Part shown: positions 50,815-64,000 of the stretch, in pieces
Layout of the letters: each line of letters opens with the position of its first letter
How positions within the stretch are numbered: position 1 is the stretch's first letter
Translations under genes and position numbers: made by a program
DNA from: Callorhinchus milii
Taxonomy: Eukaryota
Length of the DNA: 64,000 bases
Direction: 5' to 3'
NCBI RefSeq assembly: GCF_018977255.1
Contig: NW_024704758.1
Location: 9,052,001 to 9,116,000, forward strand
The notes under the pieces: model-generated
The model's database searches: none
Told to the model about the DNA's origin: nothing
The model's input: the letters and a program-made list of their open reading frames with translations, nothing else

Positions 50815-51145
50815 GTTGGGGGGGGGGGGTGACACTGCCTTACCGGAGGCTTCCTCCTTGGTGGGGGGGGGGAGTGTGGGGAGGAGGGGGGGGGGAGTGT
50901 GGGGGGAGTGTGGGGAGGAGGGGGGGAGTGTGGGGAGGAGGGGGGGGGGAGTGTGGGGAGGAGGGGTGGGGGGAGTGGGGGGGGAGTGTGGGGAGGAGGG
51001 GGGGGGAGGAGTGGGGGGGGAGTGTGGGAGGAGGGGGGGGGAGGAGTGGGGGGGGAGTGTGGGGAGGAGGGGGTGGGAGGAGTGGGGGGGAGTGTGGGGA
51101 GGAGGGGGGGGGGAGTGTGGGGGGAGGAGGGGTGTGTGTGTGTGA
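50815..51145. repeat. G-rich minisatellite (GGGGGGAGTGTGGGGAGGAGG)n in NDUFS3 intron 1
   Basis: Direct inspection; many G-runs. Confidence 0.92.
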
Positions 51146-51399
51146 GGCTAAGGCTTAAACTGAGGCTTTCCTCCCCTTCCCCCCCCCCCACCACTAGACG
51201 TTAAAACATTTCCCAACCGCACCATTGGGGGGGAAAAGAGAAGGGAGTTTCTCCTGGTGTTCCCCCGATCAGCTCCGGATCACTTCGTTGTTCACTTCTT
51301 GGCGTTTTGTCAGGAACCCAGCCGGCCGGGTGTCTTGTTCGACCCTCAACGGTCTTTTCTCTCCCCCCACCCCCCCCCCCCCCCCACGTCCAAGCCACC

Positions 51400-52045
51400 A
51401 CCCGCCCTGCCTTCCCTCCCCTCCGTAACATCGCCCGACTCCGCCACTACATCACCCCTCAGCGCTTCATCACCTCCAGGCTCGACCTCGCAAACGCCCT
51501 GCTTGTCGGCCTTCCCAACTCCTCCCTCCACAGGCTGCAGATCATCCAGAACTCTGCAGCCCGTGTCCTCTCCCGCACCAAACTCCGTGACCCCACCTCC
51601 CCCACTCTCGCCCGACTCCATTGGCTCCCTGTCCTTCAGAGGATCCAGTTCAAGATCCTGGTCCTCACCTACAAAGCCCTCCATGGCCTCGCCCCACCCT
51701 ATCTCTGCGACCTCCTAACCCCCCTACCAACCCGCCCATTTTCTCCGGTCAGCTTGCTCCACGTCCCCCGACCCACCCGCCCCACCATTGGCGGGAGAGC
51801 CTTCAGCCACTCTGCCCCCAACCTCTGGAATTCCATCCGCCAATCACTCCAACTTGCCGCCTCCTTCAAGTCCCACCTCAAAACCCTCCTCTTTGACCAT
51901 GCCATTGGCCACCCCCCCCCTTCCCCTCCCTTCTTCCCCCCCCCCCCCGACCTTAGCTCGGGTCTGAAATGCTGTAAACTGTACGGCGCCCTGGGACGTC
52001 CTCCCAACATGAAAGGCGCTATGCAAATGTAATCGTGTTGTTGTT
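51400..52045 (+). mobile_element. L2-clade LINE 3' fragment (ORF2 C-terminus plus tail) in NDUFS3 intron 1
   Basis: ITSRLDLANALL.GLP...LQIIQNSAARVL...LHWLPV..RIQFKILVLTYKALHGLAPPYL; tail gaaaggcgctatgcaaatgtaa. Confidence 0.92.
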
Positions 52046-52220
52046 TGTGGGACTTCTGCCTTTTTGTGCAAAATCTGTACCCCCAAAAATGTCAGTTTAG
52101 AGTAATTACCGTAAAATGCTTTAAAATGTGTTGACATAAATGTTTTACAATGATTATTTCTTACATAAATGCTCTGTACAATCGAGTGAAAGGTTTGACA
52201 ACATTCTTTCTATTTTCTAG

Positions 52221-52283
52221 CCGCTTGTCGCAACCCTCTATTGTCACAGACAAGGTCTGAAGGAAGCGCAACTGAAACCAAAC
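52221..52283 (+). CDS. NDUFS3: NDUFS3 exon 2
   Basis: ttctag acceptor, C|GTAAGT donor, 63 bp phase 1/1, open frame ACRNPLLSQTRSEGSATETK. Confidence 0.8.
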
Positions 52284-52713
52284 GTAAGTAAAAAGCCAAT
52301 CAAGACATTATTGATCTGGATGTTTAATAACATGGACGACCTTTTGTATCACTGTCTTTGGGAACCATCTGAAAAAGCACTTTTTAGAGAATATGGTGGT
52401 TCTGGCATCTGCATGTGAAAGAGTGACCAACGTCTGAGGAGGTGCCGTAATGAGTGTGACAATGTCAGTCTTCTGAGGAACAAGCTTGCTACTATTGAAT
52501 GTGGAAGTGTTATTCTTCTGGAGTATGGAAGCTCCACAAGAATAATGGCCAAGGCACATCATTGGGAGTAGCGTTGAGATTTTGCGAGGTCTTAATGTTA
52601 GACTTGAAAAGTGAAATGTTTTACGCCTTTTAAAAGAGTGCAGGTCAGTCAAAAGCGAGAATCAATTCAATAAGGAATTTGTGATGAGAAAAAATTACTT
52701 GTTTATCTTGCAG

Positions 52714-52811
52714 CTACCGTTCGACCAAGTGATGAATTACTGAACCACCAGCTGAGTGCATTTGGTGAATATGTTGCTGAAATTCTTCCTAAATACGTGC
52801 AGCAGGTGCAG
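52714..52811 (+). CDS. NDUFS3: NDUFS3 exon 3
   Basis: PTVRP...[21 protein letters not shown]; canonical splice sites. Confidence 0.95.
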
Positions 52812-52968
52812 GTAAGACCATCAGTGTTTCACTGGCCCCTAGTCAGGTATCAAAGAAAAATCGACCCTCTTTGATTTCGAACAAACCATGTCCCATTAAA
52901 TGTACTGAACTGTCTTAATTGTCCAGTCTCACGTACATAAATACTTTTGCCTTGTCTTTGTTGAACAG

Positions 52969-53118
52969 GTAACTTGTTTTAATGAGTTGGAGGTAATGAT
53001 CCATCCGGAGGGCATAATTCCGGTGCTAACATTTCTGCGGGATCACACCAATGCTCAATTCCAATCACTTATTGACCTGACTGCAGTGGATATCCCTGCT
53101 CGGCAGAATAGATTTGAG
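52969..53118 (+). CDS. NDUFS3: NDUFS3 exon 4
   Basis: [50 protein letters not shown]. Confidence 0.96.
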
Positions 53119-53942
53119 GTGAGAGCGAAACCCTCCTGGGATTGTTTCATAACATTTTATAAATCTTTGAATAATATTTTTATTTACAATAAAATACAAA
53201 CAGAATTAAAGGCAAACATACGAACAGAGTGATTTAGACTTTTTATTCACAAGCTTCTTATGTGCAGGTATCAACATAAATTTGCTATAAATTTTGATGG
53301 CAACCAATTCTCACTATTATCTAAACACTACTGAGTTAAAGTGCGGGATGGATAATGGATGGACCTTATTTAAGAGGAGGATGGGTTTGGACGTTGGAGG
53401 GGGAGAGGGTGTGGGAACCAGTGCCTGGGGGAGTGGGGGGGAGAGGTCGCTGTGGAGACACCCCCACACTGGAATCTTATGTTACAAGGTGTATCAGAAC
53501 CACTGTTGTATTTTAAAAAACTACTAAAATTACGCGATTAAGTGAACTTTCAAAGTAAAATTTAGCAATTATTACAAAGAATGTTTCTTCATGTGCATTC
53601 TTCAACATTCTGTTTTAGTGGAGGAATGTTCTTTATGATGAAATGTTAAATTGCAACCATTTCAGATTCATAAAAGGTTTTATCCTGCACTATATTCCAA
53701 CCATAATGACAGTAGAAGGAGAACAATCAAACCATCTTGCCCTGGGGTGGGGGACTGACTTTTCCACACACATTTGCAGTCCATACAGCTGACAAAATTT
53801 ATAAGTCACATGTACTAAACTGGATTGTTATATTAAAATAAATCATGAACTCAACTGCTGTTTCACAACTCAGTTCTGAAATGCACAATCTGCCGCTGTT
53901 ATCGTTTGGATTCCATTTCAGAAATTGTTTTCCTTCCAACAG

Positions 53943-54068
53943 CTTGTATACAATTTGTTGTCGCTGCCTTTTAACTCCCGCATCCGGCTGAAGACGTACA
54001 CTGATGAGCTGACCCCGGTAGATTCTACAGTCTCAGTGTTTGAGGCTTCAAATTGGTATGAGCGAGAG
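53943..54068 (+). CDS. NDUFS3: NDUFS3 exon 5
   Basis: [25 protein letters not shown]...NWYERE. Confidence 0.96.
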
Positions 54069-54191
54069 GTGAGATGAAACAATTGGATGAAAGGTGGCTA
54101 CTTTTTAAAAAAAAAAATGACCCTTAATGGTAATTGGTCAGTTCCAAGCGATTTGCACGTGAAAGAAGCTGGTTACTGCCCCTCAGGTTAA

Positions 54192-54401
<210 letters not shown>

Positions 54402-54925
54402 TAATTCTCCTGAATTCCATTGGTTTATTGATTGTGGACTTCTTTCTCATTGTATTTATGGAGGGTTGGGGTATTCTGAGCCAGAATCCTTGTAATGGAT
54501 TTACGAGGAAAATAGTTTAAAGCAATTGTAAATAAATTTGTCATTGAGCGTAATATAATAATCCTTGCATTTGATTATAGTGCCTTATCACATTGTTGAG
54601 ACGTCTCTAAAGCGCTTCACATAATAAGCTGTATGACTGTGTATTTTCTGGAACTCTCTCCCTTAATCCCTCCACTTTGCCCCCTCCCTCCCCACTTTCA
54701 AATCCCACCTAAAGACCTTTTTGATCGTGCTTACAGTCACCTCCCCTCTCCCCCAGGCTCGGTGTCAGATTCCGCCACTGTCAAGCGCACCAGGACTCTT
54801 CCCATGTAAAGGGCACTATATAAATGCAAGTTGTTGCTGTTGAAACGCGGCAGCCAATTGCGCACAACACCACATTAATGCAATGCAAGCAATGCCATGC
54901 TTTTGTCTGTGTTCCTTTCCTCTAG

Positions 54926-55093
54926 GTCCGTTATGATGATGAGTTGAAGCGTGTAGTTGCTGAGCCTGTTGAACTTTCCCAGGAATTCCGTAAGTTTGAC
55001 CTTAACAGCCCATGGGAGGCATTCCCAGCGCACCGGGAGCCACCTGAGCTACCAAAACTTGAGGGAGGAGAGAAAAAACCTGAGACAAAATGA
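54926..55093 (+). CDS. NDUFS3: NDUFS3 exon 7 (stop); total 262 aa
   Basis: [34 protein letters not shown]...TGA; AATAAA at 55199. Confidence 0.96.
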   Translation, partial: VRYDDELKRVVAEPVELSQEFRKFDLNSPWEAFPAHREPPELPKLEGGEKKPETK

Positions 55094-57275
55094 AGCAAGA
55101 CAGCCAAAGTTTGGGAACGTTCTTGCCTGATGTTACTTTTTAACGTGGATCTACCTGTATTCTGTAATACCTTAATGGTTCATGCGTTATTTAATGTAAA
55201 TAAATACTGATATTCAGCCAATGATCCTGTTGCCGGACTCATTCGTGTTAATGGAAACAATACTGCCACATGTGTTGCATGTGATGTTTCTAATCCGGGA
55301 TTGGTAGCATGGAGTGTTCATGTGTTGCAATCTGCTCTGAAACCTCTGCGTTCTCTCCGTACTCAGTTTTACCTGAAACCTAGTTACATTAACGTCTTTC
55401 TTTAAATAAATTACTAAAGTAGTCAAAGGCCTGTGAAAACTACTGTTTAGAGGGGATTGTACTGTCTATATGTATTAGATTATGTACATTGTAAATTTCA
55501 ATGGACTTTTGACAACAGTTGGATCCTGAGATTACCTCTCAGTACGAGTCATTGTGTCTAGGCTTGAAAATACAAGACATTGCTGCTGTTCATTGCATTT
55601 TTATTCTGTGTGTTGACTAGGAGTGAGCGTTAAAGTATTGAAATGATGAAAATATGAGGCATTGCATTTGCATTCTGCGTGCCGCATTTGATAGCAGTGT
55701 CGGAGTGATATAAGTGAAATATACAATTCTAGTGCAGACTTTTATTAGGAAACGTTAAGGCCGTCAAACAAAGTGGAAAACGTCATAATTGCCTTTTACT
55801 TTTGTTTAGGAATGCACTTAACTTACATTCCTCTGTAGAAGTATAAAGAAAGATGGAAACTTTGTAAACTCAATTCCTTACTATATTTTAAAACGTTTTC
55901 AAATTCCCAATCCAAAATGTGACTGTTGCACTCAATTTGATTGAAAGTATCCACACTGTAGGTTGTAAGGGTTGCATTGAGACTGAATAGTTTTCAATGA
56001 GAGTAGTAATCTTCCTCATACCAGAACGGACTGATTCAATAATAGAAGCATTTCTACTGGAGCTGTCTGAGATTGGGGTTGTGGTGTTTCGTTATCCGAC
56101 TGAGTAGCTAATGCTGACCCTGAATAACCAAAGCAGAAACCATTTCTATTTCCCGGTGTTGATGTGCGCATTTTATATTTGGAACAATTTGTCACTACAA
56201 TTTACACTATGACCACCAGAGGGTAACCTTGTGCCAGTTCTGATTCGTATGAATGATGAGGTTAGCAAAAGCTTAAATTAGCCATAAAGAATAATTCTTA
56301 TGCAGCAATCCTGTCTGACTTGAGCAATTGTTTGTAATCCCCCCCATGAAAGAACGTATACATGGAGTTATTAAAGTATTTGCGACATTGCTGGAAAAGA
56401 ATTTCAGAGGGTGCTGCTGACAATCAGCAGCAAATCCACTGTGACGTCGGTCAGAGAGAAGTTTCTGACTAAAATGGCGATTTCACTACATTGAACGTCA
56501 ATTCAAACTATAGAAATTTAACAAAGTAGGTATGACCTCACAGTGTCACTAAAAAAGACCAACAATCTTACTGCTGACGTTGATATATTCGGGAATGGGA
56601 TATGGAAATTTGTAACTATAAAGTAAATTTTTACTGTGAAAGTTAGTCCCGAGAGAGAGATTAAAAAAAACTGTTTTTGTCAATAGTCATCAACTGCATT
56701 AAGAGCAAATTCAAGCAAATCCAATTTGCCTATTGGGAGGCAGAATGCTTTTACAACAACTTACAAAAATTGATCTTCCAATGAACAGGACAAAATGTTA
56801 CAATGGTTGAATCAGAAAGCAGTCTTATCTCCTAATCTGCAGTCGCTAGGATAGTTAGTAAAATGATGTATTTTTCTACTTATTACTTCCTCTTAACAGT
56901 TTTTTGTTAGCTCTCTCTTTTTGGGACTAGCTTTCACAGTAAAAGTAGTACACTTTATGGTCACAAATGTTCATATCCCATCCACATTGCAGAACATTCC
57001 CACGAAAGTAGGAAGATGGTGGTTTTTTTCAGTGACACTGAGAATAACCTGCTTGAGTTGCGGTTTTATTTCTGAAACCCGATTCTTAGAATACTTTGAC
57101 TAGTGTGCACTATCGTTGGGAGATTTGAGGAAATGCTGGTTTGTTTAGCTTGGCTGGGAACAGTTCTATGCAAATTTCAAAGAATGAGGAAAAACCTGAG
57201 TTAAAAATGGAGGCGGATAAAACGATAGTAGAGTTATCACTGCCAACTTGCATTTAAAAGGCGCTCTTTACGCTT

Positions 57276-57917
57276 TGTAATAAATGTAAAGAATGAGCCC
57301 TGTACCATGCAATCAAAGTTGCCAGACAATAAGTAGAGTGCGGATATTTTATTGGATTGTTTATTCTTAATGTTACTACCATCCTTTTAACTAATACATT
57401 CAACATATACACTATTAATTCTGAACTCACACTCTCGCGAACAGCACCTTGACCTGGTGCCACAACACGTGATCAACAGTCTCACCTCCTGGTGATGGCG
57501 GACTGACACCACAGTTTGGAACCGAGCGCAATTGGATCCCAACTCTGTCCTTTACCCGGCACCGGTATAACCCTCAGCCCCCGAAATGGCGTTAGGGATG
57601 TATCCATTCTCATAGTCTGGACAACAGCGGCAGGCTGAAGATTCTTGATTTCCACCGTGAGAGGTGTTACCCAACTGTTGCGTCGAATTACTCTTTTTTC
57701 CCTTATCTTTATGCCCCTTTACCGCCTTTGGATATTGACCAGATATTCCCCTGTTGATCCTGTTATCTGGTGTGAAATTTTTTTTGCTCAGTATTCCTAC
57801 TCTAGTTAACCTACTTATTCTAAACAATACCCTTTTGTGTATCATTCTTTTCCTTATCTCAACTAAAAGAGTGGTTCTCAAACATCCCGTTCTTTCTTAA
57901 AGCATCTGATGTAAACA
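57276..57917 (-). mobile_element. Possible solo LTR
   Basis: TG...CA termini, locally CpG-containing, AATAAA about 60-70 nt before the terminal TTACA on the minus strand; no target-site duplication seen. Confidence 0.35.
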
Positions 57918-58011
57918 CCTCCTCCATTCAGCCCTAATCTCCCTTCTGTCTCGTGACCCATTGGACCTTGAAGAATCAAGAAATGTCTCAGTTGATGTAT
58001 TTGTGATCACA

Positions 58012-58290
58012 TCCTTCAGAGGATCCAGTTCAAGATCCTGGTCCTCACATACAAAGCCCTCCATGGCCTCGCCTCACCCTACCTCTGCGACCTCCTAACC
58101 CCCTATCAACCCGCCCGTTCCCTCCGCTCAGCCGGCTCTGGCCTGCTCCACGTCCCCTGACCCACCAGCCCCACCATTGGCGGAATTCCATCACTCATTC
58201 AGTCACTCCGCCTCACCCCCTCCTTAGCTCGGGACTGAAATGCTGTACTCTGTCCACGCCTTGGGGCGTCCTCCCGACATGAAAGGCGCT
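58012..58290 (+). mobile_element. L2 LINE 3' fragment
   Basis: Near-identical to 51630-51800, followed by the same tail. Confidence 0.88.
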
Positions 58291-60295
58291 ATACAAATGT
58301 AATCTTGTTATTTAACTGAGTGCGTCTCCTGTTTATTGTCCTCCCCACTCTACCATGTTTGAAGCAACTGGTGCTGGCCTGTCCGTCTTCACGTTCTGCT
58401 GACCTAGCCAGTCTCTACAGCCTTGTGATCACATACTGATTCTAACTTTATTAAGACCTAGGTTTACATGATGTATGTTTGTATGTCTGTTCTATCCTTT
58501 CAGACTACTGGACTCAAATCTAAACCAACTAACCATATTTAATAAACAACGTAGGAGTGTGTGAATAATAAAACATCTTAAGAAACTGTACACTACTAAT
58601 AACCATACTTAAAGAAAGCAAACATCCACTACTTTTTACAACTGTCTTGCTATAACAACAACAAAATAACATTTGCCTTTCACATCAGGAGGTTATCCTA
58701 AGGTGCTGGACAATCAATGTTTTGGACCCGAGCTGGGGCTCGGGATCGGGGGGTTGCAGGGCAGGGGGGAAGAGGGGTGTTATGAGATGGGTCTTGAAGG
58801 AGGCAAGGGACGGGTGAAATCTCAAAAGTCCAATTAGATTTATAATAATCCTTGCATTTGATTTGAGATAGCGCAAATATTAGTAAACACTAATTGGATT
58901 TGCGTTGCATAACCCTCAAATCTCCCTGCTACCCAAACTCTTTCATAGCACCAGAAATCCAGTGTGAGTAACACAAAGTGGTCCTCAACCTCCAAATGTT
59001 ACCACTATTGGATGACAACCTGGTGCAACAAGATAATATAGTGGCCAGTTCCCAGAATGATCTTGAAGAACACTGATGCTAGTTTCTCCCCATGGCACAG
59101 CTGACCTATGTTTTTGCTCAAAGTTCCCCCAAATTGTGACTTGAGAAGCCGCAAACTTCAGTACCCAGGGGGTAGTGGGAAGTGTGCTGCATTTCCGTAT
59201 CCACAGGACACTGTCAAAGGCATCCATTCATTTAGAGTAACTCAAATGTCATCTAAATACCATGGGTGGGGGGGTTCAAGTCCTGGTATGAATAAAGGTG
59301 ACCACTAGCTTTCACATGTCATCGATGAGAGAGCAATTGAGTTTTTGACAACCTTTAATCCTAATTTCAGATCTACCAGAGAACCAGTACATCCCAAACA
59401 AACACGGTTGAAAGTACTCCTTTACAAGGAAGTAATCTCACCAAAATGATTTAAAGCAGGGCTGTAAAAAGTGTGATTCCTGCAACACATGGTGTTGTAT
59501 GCTGTATGAATAGATGACTTAATATTTGTACTGTGTGTAGGTGGATAAGTGCTAACATGAGTGGTAACCAGTGAGTGGCAAGCGGTTGCAGAGAGGGTGA
59601 AGATCTGGGCTGGCTGAGGGGGAAGTATGTCTACCACTGATAGAAGAGTCATCTCTACTCAGGTCCTTGATAAAGTATACAGGGCCGAGTGCCAAAAAAA
59701 ACCCTGAAATTGTTTGGCTACAAGAAACAGGGCTCCAACTAAAGCATTTGTCCTAAGGGAGTTTATGAGCGATCCTTAACCTACGATACAAACATTACAA
59801 CTTTAGATAGAGGCTATCGCATGGCTGTGAATGTCAACCCTTAGAGTGATAAGCATCTCATACCACTTTATACTGCTGAGAGATGAAAATACCTCAGCAT
59901 TGCTCCGCTCATGACCTTTCTTTGTCTTCCGTGTTTATTCATTATGTAACTGGAGGTGTTCAATTACACAGAGACTCAACCAGGTTTGCAATAGTAATTT
60001 TCAGCTGAAGGACAAGAGAGATACAACCACTCCTGTTCAGGTAAAATTTTCCTTAGATTAATTTACATAAATACGCAGATACTTTTGTGAGCTCAAAGAG
60101 GGTGTGGTTGGTACCTAATACATAAAATCAGTAAAAGCTGAGAGGTGTTGCTCTTTGTGTTGATTTACACTCCTTGCTAGGTTGTGCAGAGTTGATTTGT
60201 TCTGGACGTTATTCAGTCGTGAGTGAGTAGATTTTTATTTATATATATATATATAGAAATGTGCCGTGCGTTATCTTTCTGAATCTGTAGAGGTT

Positions 60296-60700
60296 GCCAG
60301 GTTGGATCAGTTGGTATGACTCTCGCCTCCAAATCAGAAGGTTGTGGGTTCAAACTACACATTGGGACTTTGAGCTTGTGGTTTAAAGTTGACACTCCAG
60401 TGCAGTGCTGCATTATTGGAGGTTCTGTGCTTCAGTTGAGATATTAAACCAAGGTCCCGTCTTCCCGTTCAGAATGTACATTAAAGATCTCATTGGCACT
60501 ATTTGAAAAAAGAAAAGGGAGTGCTGCCAAATAAATTCACCCCAAATCCACTTGGTTATTCACTTCATGGTTGTTTTGGGGCACATTCCGATGTGAGAAT
60601 TGCCTGCTGCAGTCAAATACAGCCACTCGACTCTACATCAAATCCTGTGAAGCATTTTCAGACAATCTGCTATATAAGACATAAGGGTTATTTATCGTTA
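60296..60700 (+). mobile_element. Deu-domain SINE, diverged copy (partial copies also at ~22750-22870 and ~62349-62515)
   Basis: Same head and core as 30293-30713. Confidence 0.75.
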
Positions 60701-61274
60701 TATTAGGAATGTAATGAAAGTATTGAATTAAAGCAATAAAAGTTCTCTAAAGTTTGTTTCTTTTGAATCTTCAACCTTCTGCTTCTGAAGGTGGCAACTC
60801 ATGCAGTGTGGCTCGAAATTTCACTTAGTCTTAGCCTGTAAGACTATTTTGTTTTAAGAATTATTAGCAGGCAAAATTAAACTCAGCCTCAATTTGGAAG
60901 CTGAGTTCTTCATAAGAACTGTGGAAAATCAATTACCCAAGTTAAGATTGAGTTTAAGAATTTTCCCTTTGGTTCGGCCATGAGCCATGCTGTCAACATT
61001 GGCTCCCTGGTCTATTCTGAGTTAGCCAAGGTGGCCTTGGGTGCACTACAATTAGCTTCAGTCCCTTGGCTAAGGAAGGAACTATCAACTGAGGTTCCTA
61101 CGCCTCATATTCAGCACCTCTTCATGAAAGTACTGATGGGAATTTGNTTTTTGCTTTGTTAACTTCATTGCACAAATGTGGAAAACGTTTACCAAATCAT
61201 GCATTTTACAAATAAACTTAAGGTATAGAATTGTGTCATCAGAACAGTTTCTTCAAACCCTAACGCGGCGTTGT

Positions 61275-61710
61275 GACAGTGACACCTCTCCAGTTCTGGC
61301 CCAGACTCCACTGGCTCCTCATCCCCAAACGGACCGACTTCAAGATCCTCACACTCGTGTTCAAATCCCTTCACTCTCTGGTACCTCCCGACCTCTCCGA
61401 CCTGCTCACTCCCCAATCTACCACCCGGCAGCTCCGCTCGACTGGCACCGGCCTCCTGCTTTACCTTCGCACCCTCCACCCCACCATTGTGCTTTCAGCC
61501 ACTACGCCCCGAAACTCTGGAAAACTCTCTCTCAACCCCTCCGCCTTGCCCCCTCTCTTCCCTTTTTCAAGTCCCGCCTGACCGTGCTTACGGCCACCTC
61601 CTCTCCCCCACACCAACCTCCCCCCCCCGCCCCTCCCAGACTCTGCCACTGCTCTGAGACAATGCCCTGCATGGAGGGCGTAATATAAGTGCAAATTGTT
61701 GTTGTTGTTG
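61275..61710 (+). mobile_element. L2 LINE 3' fragment (others at ~23325-23570, 40495-40800, 54655-54843, and minus-strand 14760-14910, 35055-35235)
   Basis: RLHWLLIPKRTDFKILTLVFKSLHSLVPPDLSDLL; (TTG)n tail. Confidence 0.85.
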
Positions 61711-62030
61711 CAAGGACTCAACATTTCTGTTGCGACGGGAGAACTTCAGCCATTGCGGAACACAGCACGTGTTTTGCATCGGCGGTTTATTTTCCATTAT
61801 TGTTCCATTTTAAGAACTATGCTTCTGCTGTAATGTAAAATGCCTCCCTGAACCAGTTAATAAAATATGTGAGGTTGCTTGTCTGGCTGACCTCTCGTAT
61901 TGGCCTGAGTCCTGATTTCCCTCTCCCCCTCTTCCCCCTCATATTAAACACGACTGGAATTCATTGTGCAGCTCCTCCATTGAAAAAAATAGTGGATTGG
62001 AAATAAACCTAGTCCACATTTTACAGCACG

Positions 62031-62145
62031 ATGTTGGACTCGTATGACTACAGCAGTTGTGGACCTGGACTCATTCTGTACAGCCCCTTGAGTTGGCCAA
62101 TGCTCTATGAACAGCTGGATTGGCCCAATCCTGAAGATTACGGAG
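62031..62145 (+). CDS. ELF5: ELF5 first coding exon
   Basis: ttacag|cacgATG; MLDS...PLSW resembles ELF5 MLDS...PLMSW; donor G|GTACT in phase with the next exon. Confidence 0.75.
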
Positions 62146-63115
62146 GTACTATTTCTTTGTATTTTTATGGTGGTTACAAGTTTACCTATCATAGATGTAG
62201 TTTATCTGGGTTAAAAATGGCTTCTACGGGAGAAGTAGATGCTGGAGATTATATCAGATTCTCAACGACTGTAGTTTATGTTTTTCATTGAAGAGCTGAA
62301 GGGAAATGGGCTGGAAGCAACACTCAGGAAAAAGTTCTTGTTATGTCAGCTGGGTTTAGTTGGTAGCGCTCTCGGCTCTCAGTCAGAAGGTTGTGGGGTA
62401 AAACCACATGTAGGGACCTTGAACCCACAGTTTAGGCTGACAGCGTTGTTGGAGCACCACCATTAAAGTGAGGTGCTGGTCTGCTTATTCAGGTGGATAC
62501 TAAATATCCCACGGCACCTCGTCTCTCTTATTTTTTCCCCTCTCTTAAAGGTGCTGAATCATCCTGGAGGCATCGACTGCTCTCCAATGACTCATAATCA
62601 TTCCTTTATGGCTAACCCAGGCAGTGAGTGTAGGCAGTGAGTGCAGGCAGGCTATTTGAGCTACTTGACTGCGGATGCCATCACAGGTCTCATTGTTATC
62701 AATACAGACTTTCTTGCCAGTGCATTGAGGTGATGTAGGACATAAGAAAGGAGAAGTGTGGTTTTGGCAGGAGTGACAGTATATATCTAAAAGCATTATA
62801 AGCAATGCAAACATACAGCATTCCAAGCATTTTATTTAAAACGGATTAACTGTGAGTATGCTGTAAGATGAATAGCTATGGGAATGCTCTAAGCCAAGAT
62901 AGTTTGCCTACAGAATACACAGCCACTTTATGGTATTCTCTTTTGAAGCATCCTCCCAACGTGAAAGATTCTGTAATCAAAAACAAGGATTCTTTATTTG
63001 TTAAGTTGTTGTGTTCAAAGATTAGTTAGATGTGGAAAACACTTGGGGATTTTGATAGAAGATGTTTGTTGTATGATCCTGACGTGCGTTGATATAAGAT
63101 GAATTTTGTTTTCAG

Positions 63116-63349
63116 TTTCCAACCCATCCTGGACCTCGATTCTTCCTGAGGAATGGAGCAACAGACATGTTTGGGAGTGGCTGCAGTTCTGCTGTGATCA
63201 GCATAAACTGGATGCAAACTGCATCCCTTTTGCCCAGTTCAATGTCAACGGCAGACAGCTGTGCAGCATGACTCAATCTCAGTTCATCTCTGCAGCTGGA
63301 ATTTATGGAGAAATCCTTTACAATTCCCTGCACCAATCGCAAAGCAAAG
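63116..63349 (+). CDS. ELF5: ELF5 Pointed/SAM-domain exon
   Basis: [34 protein letters not shown] matches ELF5 [23 protein letters not shown]; canonical splice sites. Confidence 0.9.
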
Positions 63350-63896
63350 GTAATGGTTTTATTTGATGACTTTGGCGACTCCACCAGATGAAATGTTTGT
63401 TTGGGAGGGAAAAGAAAGGTATTAAATGGGAAGAAGCAAACTAGGCATTTCTGACAATCATAATGCAATAAAGGATTCACAGGGAAATGCTGATAGCTCA
63501 ATGGGTAAATGCATAAGATCATACCCCGACTCGCCAACAAGCTCCCTCAGTCAGTGTCAGCCTAGGTTATCATTTCATATCGTCACGTGGAGCTTAAACC
63601 CACAACGTTTTGACCCAGGGACAACATGATCCCAGCCAGGCCAAACTCTCACAGATACTTGAATTGTTATAGACCTATGCCACTGAAACCTTCAGATCAG
63701 GAAGCTGTGGACTAATAGTATTGGTGTGTCAGACACCTCTGATCTCAGAACGGGATCCCTCTGGGCACATGAAATTCTGCAATAATGTTGAAAATGAGCT
63801 CATTTGTTTGTGGGTCACTGCATCCATAAAACATTTAGAGCCAACAGTCTTAATTAAGACCGTAGATTAAAATGGTTTCTTTGCTTCATTCAGCAG

Positions 63897-63947
63897 ATCT
63901 CCCTCTGGTGTGCGACCCTGTTGACAAAGAACTTCATATCGATGAAA
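63897..63947 (+). CDS. ELF5: ELF5 short linker exon (51 bp; alternative start 63894); ETS-domain exons lie beyond the window
   Basis: cattcagcag acceptor, A|GTAAGT donor, phase 1/1, open frame DLPLVCDPVDKELHIDE. Confidence 0.65.
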
Positions 63948-64000
63948 GTAAGTAAACAAGTCAAGCACTCGACTGAAATGTTTGCATTCTGGACATAAAT

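Noticed and set aside
49340-51204. Numerous Gly/Pro-rich ORFs
   Set aside because: By-products of the CpG island and G/C-run repeats
51307-52032. 241-aa ORF as a host gene
   Set aside because: C-terminal fragment of L2 LINE ORF2
62031-63349. EHF instead of ELF5
   Set aside because: MLDS start and WLQFCCDQ match ELF5 rather than EHF as recalled

Overview
Vertebrate genomic DNA, most likely from a cartilaginous fish (compact introns and dense tRNA/Deu-domain SINEs with L2-type tails suggest a holocephalan; this is inference). Gene order: 5' part of ABTB2 (-), an intronless 783-aa SLC26 transporter-like gene (+), a short 4-exon SPSB3-like SPRY/SOCS-box gene (+), PTPMT1 (+, only first and last coding exons present), KBTBD4 (-), NDUFS3 (+, 7 exons, head-to-head with KBTBD4) and the first coding exons of ELF5 (+). 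Most interesting: (1) the single-exon SLC26 has a rewired anion-binding site (TM10 SLSRS -> VCEQT, TM1 Q -> L) but keeps STAS and PDZ motifs; (2) an intron in ABTB2 splits the H2B-like and H2A-like halves of its histone-fold doublet; (3) the PTPMT1 catalytic exons are missing, probably an assembly collapse; (4) a divergent SPSB3 paralog; (5) SINE copies beside CpG-island promoters are shifted AT->GC. Gene identities rest on my recollection of human orthologue sequences; no search was run. Repeat boundaries are approximate.
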